Assembly: GCA_900234795.1 (NCBI GenBank)
Contig: LT962688.1
Location: 4,050,001-4,082,000 of the forward strand
Direction: 5' to 3'
Source: Methylorubrum extorquens
Lineage (GTDB): Bacteria > Pseudomonadota > Alphaproteobacteria > Rhizobiales > Beijerinckiaceae
DNA: 32,000 bases
The translations under genes were made by a program, and so were the position numbers. This document shows, in pieces, positions 1 through 7,815 of the stretch. The notes below the pieces were generated by a model that made no database searches, was not told the origin of the DNA, and saw only the letters and a list, made by a program, of their open reading frames with translations. Every line of letters starts with the position of its first letter. Positions within the stretch are counted from its first letter, which is position 1.

Positions 1-528
1 GGCGACTTCCTTGCTCGTGAAGCCGAAGGCGACGAACCGGAGGATGTCGCGCTCGCGCTCGCTCAAGGTTGAGCACGCCGCCTCATCCACGCTTGAACTC
101 AGCCGCCGATGCGGAGCGGTGCGTTCCGGCAATGCCGGATCGAGATAGATGCCGCCGGCATGAACCGCTCGCACCGCGCTGGCGATGTTCTGGAAGGCCG
201 ACCGCTTGAGAACATAGCCGCGGGCGCCCGCCTCAAAGGCTTGGTCGATGTAGACCCGGCTCTCATAGACGCTCAGCATGATAGCCTGGGTCCGCGTCCC
301 GGTTCTGGCGAGATGGCGAAGAACGGTGACGCCATTCATCTCCGGCATATTGATGTCGAGGATGGCGACGTCCGGCTCGTGCTGAACAATCGCCCGGTAG
401 GCGGCCGCGCCCGTTTCGACGGAGGCCACCACGACGATCTCGCCGGAATCAGCGATCAGGCTCGTCACACCGTGACGGAAAACCGGATGATCGTCCGCCA
501 GCACGACGTGGATCAGGGTCCTAGGCAT
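1..528 (-). CDS. NarL/FixJ-family response regulator (receiver + LuxR-type HTH); 3' end cut by window edge
   Basis: Hand translation of the minus strand from ATG 528..526 gives MPRTLIHVVLADDHPVFRHGV...EPDVAILDINMPEMNGV (receiver with acceptor-Asp context) ... LSERERDILRFVAFGFTSKEVA (LuxR/GerE HTH), running off position 1. The ORF is absent from the track because no stop lies in the window. Its start overlaps the kinase stop (ATGCCTAG, 521..528), implying translational coupling. Confidence 0.85.
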   Translation of the reverse strand, partial: MPRTLIHVVLADDHPVFRHGVTSLIADSGEIVVVASVETGAAAYRAIVQHEPDVAILDINMPEMNGVTVLRHLARTGTRTQAIMLSVYESRVYIDQAFEAGARGYVLKRSAFQNIASAVRAVHAGGIYLDPALPERTAPHRRLSSSVDEAACSTLSERERDILRFVAFGFTSKEVA

Positions 529-1843
529 GCCCGCTTTCCTCGACGGACCGGTAGGCGCGGGCAACGATGCTCGTGCCCCGGCCGGGAGCCGACTCGATGT
601 TCAGCGTGCCGTCGACCAGCGCCATCCGTTCACGCATGCCGAGCAGGCCGAGCTTCCCCTGGGAGACGAGACTGGTCGCGATTGCCTCGTCGGCCGCGAA
701 GCCGCTGCCGTTGTCGTCGATCGTCAGCGTGACTTGCAAAGCGCTGAACCGCAGCACGACCGACACGCATACGCCCGGCCCCGCATGTTTCGCCACGTTC
801 GTGAGCGCCTCCTGAGCCAAGCGATAGAGCGTGATCGCCGTCTCCAGCGGAAAATCGACCTCCTCCCCGACGATCTGAAACTCGGTCACGATTTCCGTCA
901 CCCGGCTCCACTCATCCACGAGCGAGCGCAGCGCGGTCACGAAGCCGAACTCATCGAGGGCGGCCGGCCGGAGTTCGAGGGTCACCCTCCGGAGCGATTG
1001 CCCGATGTCCTGGGTGTGGCGGAGAAGTTGCTCGACCTCATGGATGGCCGTTGGGCAAGACAGGCGTGACGCGATCTTTCTCAGGCCGAAGGTCAGCGTG
1101 ACGAGTTGCTGACCGGCATGATCATGGAGATCGCGCGCGAGACGCCGCCGCTCGTCCTGCCCGGCCCGGTAGAGCCTTGATAGAACGGCGTCACGCTCGG
1201 CCTCGGCACGCTGCCGTGCCTGCGCGTCCTCCTCGAGGTGGACCAGCAACCGGCTGCGCTCGGTCAGGAGCGCCTGCATCTCGATCTCACGCCGCTTCCG
1301 CTCCTGCATGACGCGCCGGACATCGTTCAGCCGCTCCGTGAGGAGGTGAAGGCGGCCCTCCAGGTTCGTCGGCGTGAGATGAAGCAGGACGAGTGGCTCG
1401 TCACCATAGGCGCGCAGGACGATGCGCGCGCCCCGGCATGGATGACGACAGGAACTCTCGGCTCCGGCGCGGACGAACACCGCGCCGGGGATCGGGTTCT
1501 CGGTCCGCGAACACAGGCTGAGGTAGCGGCTCATCCGCTCGCGATGTGTCCCCTCGACCGGCAGGGGAAGGCCGATCGCGAGGTCCGGCAAACGGTCGAA
1601 CGCGGCTGGATTGGCGTCTTCCACGAGCCCGAACCGGCCCACCAGGATCAGGGGATCCGCAACGAAGGCGAACAGCGCAGCGAAGTCGGACTCAGGCCCA
1701 GGCTCGCCGATGATACCGCCGCCCGCTGCCGGTTGTGTTCGGGTCGAGGTTGATGACGACCCGGCACTCGGACGCCCCCGCGGCGATGGTTTCGGGAAGA
1801 TCGACTCGTGCATATCCCTGACTCTCCGCGGCCAGATGCCCAC
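521..1843 (-). CDS. Sensor histidine kinase, HisKA_3 (NarX/DesK-like) + HATPase_c, PAS-like N-terminal region; true start uncertain
   Basis: The 440-aa ORF has the H-box RRLARDLHDHAGQQLVTL, the N-box EALTNVAKHAG, the G-boxes DDNGSGF and GLLGMRERMALVDGTL, and a long coiled coil before the H-box. Both ATG candidates (1843, 1813) lie inside the upstream ORF 1692..2270, so the start is unresolved (see findings). Confidence 0.85.
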   Translation of the reverse strand: MGIWPRRVRDMHESIFPKPSPRGRPSAGSSSTSTRTQPAAGGGIIGEPGPESDFAALFAFVADPLILVGRFGLVEDANPAAFDRLPDLAIGLPLPVEGTHRERMSRYLSLCSRTENPIPGAVFVRAGAESSCRHPCRGARIVLRAYGDEPLVLLHLTPTNLEGRLHLLTERLNDVRRVMQERKRREIEMQALLTERSRLLVHLEEDAQARQRAEAERDAVLSRLYRAGQDERRRLARDLHDHAGQQLVTLTFGLRKIASRLSCPTAIHEVEQLLRHTQDIGQSLRRVTLELRPAALDEFGFVTALRSLVDEWSRVTEIVTEFQIVGEEVDFPLETAITLYRLAQEALTNVAKHAGPGVCVSVVLRFSALQVTLTIDDNGSGFAADEAIATSLVSQGKLGLLGMRERMALVDGTLNIESAPGRGTSIVARAYRSVEESGHA

Positions 1844-2270
1844 ACACGTTCGCGGTCAGCATGCACAGTGAAGGGCATTTCTTTGCCAGTTCTCCGAACG
1901 GACAGCGCTTATTGCCGAGAACGATGCGCTGCTCCGATTCGTCCATGACGTAGAAATCGCTGCCGATCCGCTGCTTCATGTCGAGCAGAGCGTCGACCAT
2001 CCCTTTCCTGTCGAGTTGGCTCGCGCCACTCACCTGGAGGTACTCTTCCTGGATCTTCTCACCCACAGCGAGGCCGACCAAGCTAATGAAGCTGCCAGCT
2101 TCGCTGGATCCGACTGTATCCTCAAACAAGGACCCCATTGTCGTCACCACGAGATCCATGAATATTTCCCGGTCCAAGCGAATCTGCGAACCGCAGAAAT
2201 CACCCCGCGAATCTACCAAGCTCTGTTCCACTGCCGCCTCCCAAGCAGGGCCACCCTCTACGGATATCAC
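1692..2270 (-). CDS. Cys-rich small-ligand/redox sensor-like protein (MOD1 / V4R-like domain), possibly the N-terminal part of the downstream kinase
   Basis: The 192-aa ORF has the C-terminal pattern RCPFGELAKKCPSLCMLTANVCGHLAAE...TIAAGASECRVVINL (6 Cys in total). I recognise this as the 'methanogen output domain 1'/4-vinyl-reductase-type fold signature, from memory only. G+C is 52-55% by my count over 2041..2220, against 72% in the kinase at 1141..1200. Confidence 0.55.
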   Translation of the reverse strand: MISVEGGPAWEAAVEQSLVDSRGDFCGSQIRLDREIFMDLVVTTMGSLFEDTVGSSEAGSFISLVGLAVGEKIQEEYLQVSGASQLDRKGMVDALLDMKQRIGSDFYVMDESEQRIVLGNKRCPFGELAKKCPSLCMLTANVCGHLAAESQGYARVDLPETIAAGASECRVVINLDPNTTGSGRRYHRRAWA

Positions 2271-2402
2271 GGGTGGTATCCGCGCATCAATAGTTAGTAC
2301 TATGCCAGGGTTACTAGAAACGGAAATTTAGGGGTAGGCAGTCGAACCTCGGCATGCGCACGGCTTGGCTGACGAAATGAATCGATACGCAAATATTAAC
2401 AG

Positions 2403-3749
2403 TCATCGCTCAAGGAATGCGCGACTAAATTGGTCTTGAAGCGGCTTCATCAGGTAGGACATTGCTGTTCTCTCATCCGTAGCGACCTGAACTTCGACGG
2501 GCATTCCAGGGATAAGGCGGGCCGAGCCTCCCAGGCGTTCAATCTCGCCATCCTTGAGCTCGACATGCCCGATATAGAACGCCTCGTCCCGTGGGCCCTT
2601 CGTCGTCGAGGGCGAGACGTAGGTCAGCACTCCCTTGAGTTCGGGGGTGGTGCGCTGGCTGAAGGCGGTGAAGCGGACCCGGGCCGCGCGGCCGACGCCG
2701 ATCTGGTCGATGCTGGTCGGCGGGATGCGGATCTCGATCTTAAGCCGCGCGTCCTCGGGTACCACGGTCGCCAGGATGTCGGCGGGGGTGACGACGCCGC
2801 CAACCGTAAAGGTCTTCAATTCGTGCAGGATGCCGGTCACGGGGGCACGGATCTCCGTGCGCGTCAGCCGGTCGTCCAATGCCACGCGACGGTTGCTCAG
2901 CTCTGCCGCCTTGGCATCGACCTGACTGAGCTCGCGCTGTGCCTCGGTCCGCGCGGTGTCTGCGATGGCGAGGATCTGGACGCGGATCTCGCTCGTCCGC
3001 GTCTTCGCCCGCGCGATGGAGGCTTCCAACGACCCCTGCTCGCCGGCCAGGCGGTGCTTGTCGCGGGTGATCGGCAGGAAGCGGGAACTCTCGTAGAGCT
3101 GCTTCTCGACGAGGATCGATAGCTTGCCATGCTCGGTGGTGAGGACGGCCAGTTCGTCTCTCTTGGCGTCCCGCTGCTTCGTGAGGCCGGCGATCTCCTC
3201 AGCGATCTGCCCGATCTGGAGTTCGAGCTGCTGGCGCTGGCTGTCACGGCCGGCGAGGTTGCCCCGGAACAGCCGGAGTTCGCCCTCCAGGATCGACTGC
3301 ACCTCGGCGCCCTGGTGAAGCAGGGCTTGCGGGAAGCTGACCTCGCGCTGCCCGTCGCGCTCCGCCAGGAGCCGCGCCTTCTTGGCGGCGAGTTCCACCA
3401 ATTGTCCCTTCACGATGGCGAGTTCCGCGCGGGTCTGCGCGTCGTCGATTCTGAGGAGCACTTGGCTGGCCGTGACCGGCTGCCCATCGCGCACGAGGAT
3501 CTCGCCGACCACGCCGCCGTCGCGGTGCTGCACGGACTTGGCTCGCTGATCGACGGCGACGGATCCGGAAGCGAGGATCGCGCCGCTGAGATCGGTCGTG
3601 GCGGCCCAGCCGCCGACGCCGCCGACGAGCGCCGCGCCGAAGATGAACCCGGCGACGATGCGCGGGCCGACGGAGAACGCGACGTTCGTGCGGGATTGCG
3701 GTTCGTGCCGCCGCAGGGGGCGCGGCATCCGATCGGGAGATGTACGCAT
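2403..3749 (-). CDS. HlyD-family type I secretion periplasmic adaptor (membrane fusion protein)
   Basis: The 448-aa ORF has an N-terminal cytoplasmic stretch plus one TM helix (IVAGFIFGAALVGGVGGWAA), a lipoyl-like VQHRDGGVVGEILVRDGQPVTASQVLLRIDD, long coiled coils, and the C-terminal LIPGMPVEVQVATDERTAMSYLMKPL typical of PrtE/AprE/HlyD adaptors. A strong SD (GGAGAAGGA) precedes ATG 3749. Confidence 0.9.
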   Translation of the reverse strand: MRTSPDRMPRPLRRHEPQSRTNVAFSVGPRIVAGFIFGAALVGGVGGWAATTDLSGAILASGSVAVDQRAKSVQHRDGGVVGEILVRDGQPVTASQVLLRIDDAQTRAELAIVKGQLVELAAKKARLLAERDGQREVSFPQALLHQGAEVQSILEGELRLFRGNLAGRDSQRQQLELQIGQIAEEIAGLTKQRDAKRDELAVLTTEHGKLSILVEKQLYESSRFLPITRDKHRLAGEQGSLEASIARAKTRTSEIRVQILAIADTARTEAQRELSQVDAKAAELSNRRVALDDRLTRTEIRAPVTGILHELKTFTVGGVVTPADILATVVPEDARLKIEIRIPPTSIDQIGVGRAARVRFTAFSQRTTPELKGVLTYVSPSTTKGPRDEAFYIGHVELKDGEIERLGGSARLIPGMPVEVQVATDERTAMSYLMKPLQDQFSRAFLER

Positions 3750-3770
3750 GATCCTTCTCCGGCTTCGCTC

Positions 3771-5992
3771 TCAAGTGTGGAATGTCGGCGGTTCGGGCAG
3801 CGGCGCGATCGTGAAGCGCAGCAAGTGCTCGCCATCGAGGACGACGGTGGTCTCGTAGGCGTCGTTATGGTCGAGGTCGGCCGAGACGACCGTGCGGTCC
3901 CGGCCTTCGGAACGATCGAACCGGCACTGGATCCCGGTCGGTGCATCGCTTTCGCCCCGGAGCGCCTCCGCGAGCGGGCGCCCGGCCGCGGTCTCCTCCT
4001 TGAACAGGGCGTAGCGGACCAGATCGATGTAATCGCCGACGGAGAAGTCCGTGATCTGCACGGTGCGGGTGCCATCGCGCGGCTCGGCCGGAGCGGCGAA
4101 TGCGTACACGTCGTCGCCGCCGCCGCCGGTGAGCACGAGATCCCGGCCGCCCACCACGAAGCGGTCGTCGCCCGATCCCGCGATGATCGCCTCGACCGAG
4201 GTGATCCGGTCGAGGCCGAGCTCCTGAGCGGACACGGTCTCGTTCCTCAGGTCCACCACCAGATCGACCGTGGCCGCCGACAGGTCGAGCGTGTCCCGCC
4301 CCCGCGCCGCCGTCGACCGTGTCCTCCGCGCTGTCGAGGGCGAGGATGATCACGTCGTCGCCCGCCTCCCCCGAAACGAGGTCACGCCCGGCCCCGTCCG
4401 AGAGGATGTCCGCACCCTCGCCGCCCTGCAGCCGATCGTCACCCGCATCCCCGACGAGCACGTCGGCACCGGTGCCGCCGGACAGGTCGTCGGCGCCGGC
4501 CGCGCCGTAGAGGCTATCGTTGCCCTCGCCGCCAAGGAGGAGATCGTCGCCGTCGCCCCCATCCAGGATGTCGCGCCCCCTCGCCGCCATCGAGCAGGTC
4601 GTCGCCCGCCTCGCCGAACAGAAGGTCGTCGCCCGCCTCCCCGAACAAGCGGTCGTGACCCGCCCCGCCCGAGACCCGATCCGCGCCCGCCCCGGCGAAC
4701 ACGACGTCGTCGCCCGGCCCGGCCAGGACCGTGTCGGCGCCGTCGCCCGCGATCACGTGGTCGCTGCCGCTGCCGGCATCGACGAGGTCGTCGCCACCGC
4801 GGGCGTCGACATTGTCGTCTCCCGCACCGGCCGCGATGTCGTCCGCGCAGGGTGTGCCGAGGATGAGGTCGTCCCCGTCCGTGCCGCCGATCAAAGCCCG
4901 TTCGAGGACGGTCAGATGAGCCGTACGGGCGACCGAGAACTCGCCGTCCGTCACCGCGTAGGTGACCGTGACCGGACCGGGCGCGTCGGCGTCGAACACC
5001 CAGCCCGAGCCGTCCGCCGTCACGGTGCCGGAGGAGACTCGGACGTCGCGCACGCTGAGTGCGTCTCCGTCCGGATCGCTGGCGCCGCGCAGGAGATCGC
5101 TCAGGGCGATGGTGAGGAGTGCGCAGCCCGCGACATCCCCGAGCTGGACCGGGCCGTTCACCACGGGCGAGCGGTTGCGTTGCCCCGCCGGTCCGTCGTC
5201 CCGGCCGCGCGGCGGCGTCGCCGGATCGACGGGACGCGGATCGCCGCCCGGCGTGGAGTCGGGAGGGATCCGGACGCCGCCGTCCGACGGCCCCGGACCC
5301 TGTGGGTTCGATCCGCCTTGCCCTGTCGAGCCTTGCCCAGTCGAGCTTTGCTCGCTCGAGCCTTGCCCGACCGAGCCTTGATCCGGCCTGTCGGCCTTCT
5401 CCTCTCCCAGCGGTCGGGGGGCCGGCTGTGCCTCGTCGCCGGGCTCCTGCGCATCCGCTTCCGGGTGGAATGCGTCCCGTGGCCGGCCGCCGCCGCTCGG
5501 CTGCCCGCCTCCGCGCCCGCCCGATCCGGCTGCGAGGGAGCCGCCGTTGTCGTTGATCGGCTGGGGGATGACCGGAGAGGCCTTGAAGTCGCCGAGGTCC
5601 GGATGCGCGTCGGGCCTTGCGAAGCGCAGCCCGCGCGCGAGCAGTTCGTGCCCATCGTCGAACAGGGACATGCCGGATTGCAGAACCGGGGATGGCGGTT
5701 CGGCCAGTGGCTTCGGTGCCTCGGCGGCCTTTGCAGGGGTGGGCGCGGCGAGCTCCTCGGAATGGACGAGGCGCAGGGCGTCGGCGCGTGCCGCCACGAT
5801 CTCCGGGTCCACTTCCTCTGCCAGGGTCGCGCGGGGCAGAAGCAGGGATTTGAGGTAGGCGGCCACGGACGCGACCGCCACCGCGGCATAGTAGGGGACG
5901 CCGGATCGCCGGTCTGCGCTGCGCGAGACGTAACGCTCGGCACCCTCGGGCGCGTCCCGCCCGGGCTTCGTGCCCTTGATCTCGATCGTCAT
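3771..5992 (-). pseudogene. Membrane-anchored cadherin-like / RTX Ca-binding protein (~739 aa if repaired), interrupted by two +1 frameshifts at G5 runs
   Basis: Three track ORFs are consecutive pieces of one protein: 4514..5992, 3865..4590 and 3771..4259. RTX nonapeptides run straight across both junctions. Removing one G at 4576..4580 gives ...[16 protein letters not shown]..., and removing one G at 4299..4303 gives ...[18 protein letters not shown].... The N-terminus has a TM helix (VPYYAAVAVASVAAYLKSLLL). This is followed by a Pro/Ala linker, GQGSx pentapeptides, a cadherin-like module (NRSPVVNGPVQL...DPDGDALSV...TVTYAVTDGEF), RTX repeats and a C-terminal tail. ATG 5992 overlaps the ABC gene stop (ATGA). 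Confidence 0.75.
5311..5385 (-). repeat. About five imperfect 15-bp tandem units encoding G-Q-G-S-x pentapeptides (in-frame, inside the RTX/cadherin gene)
   Basis: The plus strand reads ...ccttgccctgtcgagccttgcccagtcgagctttgctcgctcgagccttgcccgaccgagccttgatcc.... The minus-strand translation is DQGSVGQGSSEQSSTGQGSTGQGGS. Confidence 0.6.
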
Positions 5993-7755
5993 GCGGGCAC
6001 CCGCTCCGGCATGGAGCGCTCCCTGTTGTCCTGGGCGCTGTCGGGCTTGGCCGCACCGTCGCGGGCGGCCTTGCCGAGGATCGCCTCCTTCGGGCCGAAT
6101 GCCGTGAGCTTGCCGTCCTGGATCACGGCGATCAGATCCACGGCCGCCAGCACGCTCGGGCGGTGGGCGATCACGATCGCGAGGCCGCCGCGGGCACGCA
6201 CGCCCTGGATCGCCGCGGCGAGCGCAGCCTCGCCCTCGGCATCAAGATTCGCGTTCGGCTCGTCGAGGACGACGAGGAAGGGATTGCCGTAGAGCGCGCG
6301 GGCGAGGGCGATCCGCTGCCGCTGCCCGCCCGAGAGCGCCGTCCCGAGCGGTCCGAGTTCGGTCTTGTAGCCGTCGGGCATGCGCAGGATCATCTCGTGC
6401 ACGCCCGCCGCCTGCGCGGCCGCCACGACCAGCGCCGGATCGCTGTCCTCGGCCAGGCGCGAGATGTTCTCCTCGACCGTCGCGTCGAGGAGGCAGACCT
6501 CCTGAGGCAGGTAGCCGATCATCCCTCCCAGGCTCGCCTCGTCCCATTGCGGCAGGTCGGCCTCGTCGAGCCGCACGCTGCCGCGCAGCAGCGGCCAGAT
6601 GCCGGTCAGCGCGCGGCCGAGGGTGGTCTTGCCGCCACCGCTCGGTCCGATGACGCCGAGCGCCTGCCCGGCCTTGAGCTCGAACCCCACATCCGAGAGG
6701 AGCACGCGACCCGAGCCGGGGGCCGCGACCGTGATGTGGCCGACCCTGAGCGACCGGTGCGCCGGCGGCAGCGTCATCGGCGGCTCGGCGGCGGCCAGGG
6801 CGATCACGGTCTCCTTCAAGCGCCGGAAGGCGGTCCGCGCGGCCAGGATGACCTTCCAGTTGCCGATCGCTTGGTCGATGGGCGCCATGGCGCGGGCGGA
6901 GGTGATCGAGGCTGCGATGATCGCCCCGGCGGAGAGTTCGCCGCCGATGACGAGGTAGGCGCCGAGCCCGAGCACGGCCGATTGCAGGATCATGCGCAGG
7001 ACGCGCGCGATCGCCCCGAACGTGCCGCTGATGTCGGTGGTGCGGGTCTGCAGGTCGAGGTGTTCGTCGTTGGCGCGGCGGTAGCGGTCCACGGCCCGGT
7101 CGGCGAAGCCCATCGCCTTGAGCACGTCGGCGCTGCGCGCGTTCGAGTCCGCGATGGCGTTGCGGGCCACCACGGCCTGCTGCGTGGCGCCGGTCCAGCG
7201 CCGGGTCAGGAGTTCGGCGAGGATGGTCAGCAGCGCGAGGACGACCGCCCCCGCGACGGTGAGCGCGCCGAGATAGGGGTGCAGCATGTAGACGAAGACG
7301 AGGAAGACCGGCACCCACGGCAGGTCGAACAGGGCGACGAGACCGGGGCTCCCGAGGAAGCCCCGCACCGTGTCGACGTCGCGGCCGCGCTCCATCGCCT
7401 CCGCGGTCGAGAAGCCGAAGCGCGGCATGTCGATCCCGACCCGCTGCGCCAGCGGAGCGACCCGGCGGTCGAACTGCGCCCCGAGGCGAACCAGGATCTG
7501 CGAGCGGAGAACGTCGAACAGGCCCTGCGCCAGGTAGAGTCCGACGGCGAGGATCGACAGCCCGACGAGCGTCGGCAGGCTCCCGCTCGGCAGGGCGCGG
7601 TCGTAGACCTGCAGCATGTAGAACGAGCCGGTCAACGCCAGGATGTTGATGATGCCGGACATCCCGAACAGGAAGACGAAGGGCCCCCGAACGCTTTGGG
7701 TGAGCTGCTCGGCGCATCGCTGCTGAGCGAGCTTTTTCTGATCTCTGGAACGCAT
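5989..7755 (-). CDS. Type I secretion system permease/ATPase (PrtD/AprD/HasD type, no N-terminal C39 peptidase domain)
   Basis: The 588-aa ORF begins directly with the TMD (FLFGMSGIINILALTGSFYMLQVYDRALPSGS, typical of the PrtD family). It has Walker A GPSGGGKTT, the ABC signature LSGGQRQRIALARAL and Walker B FLVVLDEPNANLD. The SD GGGGGAGAG precedes ATG 7755. Confidence 0.92.
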   Translation of the reverse strand: MRSRDQKKLAQQRCAEQLTQSVRGPFVFLFGMSGIINILALTGSFYMLQVYDRALPSGSLPTLVGLSILAVGLYLAQGLFDVLRSQILVRLGAQFDRRVAPLAQRVGIDMPRFGFSTAEAMERGRDVDTVRGFLGSPGLVALFDLPWVPVFLVFVYMLHPYLGALTVAGAVVLALLTILAELLTRRWTGATQQAVVARNAIADSNARSADVLKAMGFADRAVDRYRRANDEHLDLQTRTTDISGTFGAIARVLRMILQSAVLGLGAYLVIGGELSAGAIIAASITSARAMAPIDQAIGNWKVILAARTAFRRLKETVIALAAAEPPMTLPPAHRSLRVGHITVAAPGSGRVLLSDVGFELKAGQALGVIGPSGGGKTTLGRALTGIWPLLRGSVRLDEADLPQWDEASLGGMIGYLPQEVCLLDATVEENISRLAEDSDPALVVAAAQAAGVHEMILRMPDGYKTELGPLGTALSGGQRQRIALARALYGNPFLVVLDEPNANLDAEGEAALAAAIQGVRARGGLAIVIAHRPSVLAAVDLIAVIQDGKLTAFGPKEAILGKAARDGAAKPDSAQDNRERSMPERVPA

Positions 7756-7784
7756 GGCAGGCTCTCCCCCTCGTCAGGCAAGTG

Positions 7785-7811
7785 GGTCGGGCCCCTGGCC
7801 GGGGCCCGACC
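7785..7811 (-). promoter_or_regulatory. Perfect 11-bp GC-rich stem-loop between the giant substrate gene and the ABC exporter gene
   Basis: The sequence is ggtcgggcccc-tggcc-ggggcccgacc, 4 nt downstream of the substrate stop (7816..7818). No U-tract follows on the minus strand, so it is not a canonical intrinsic terminator. Confidence 0.6.
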
Positions 7812-7815
7812 AGGA

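Noticed and set aside
4299-4580. Programmed +1 ribosomal frameshifting or transcriptional slippage as the explanation for the two RTX-gene shifts
   Set aside because: The sites do not resemble known bacterial +1 sites: there is no slow or stop codon with an upstream SD as in prfB, and G5 is short for efficient polymerase slippage. Mutation or a sequencing indel is the simpler explanation. The question is left open in the findings as something to test.
4350-6056. 568-aa minus-strand ORF, and other overlapping ORFs such as 4520..6292(+) and 5158..5943(-)
   Set aside because: These are alternate frames of the RTX/cadherin gene, with Arg/Pro/Gly-rich low-complexity translations. Only the frame with the TM helix, cadherin-like and RTX motifs is protein-like.
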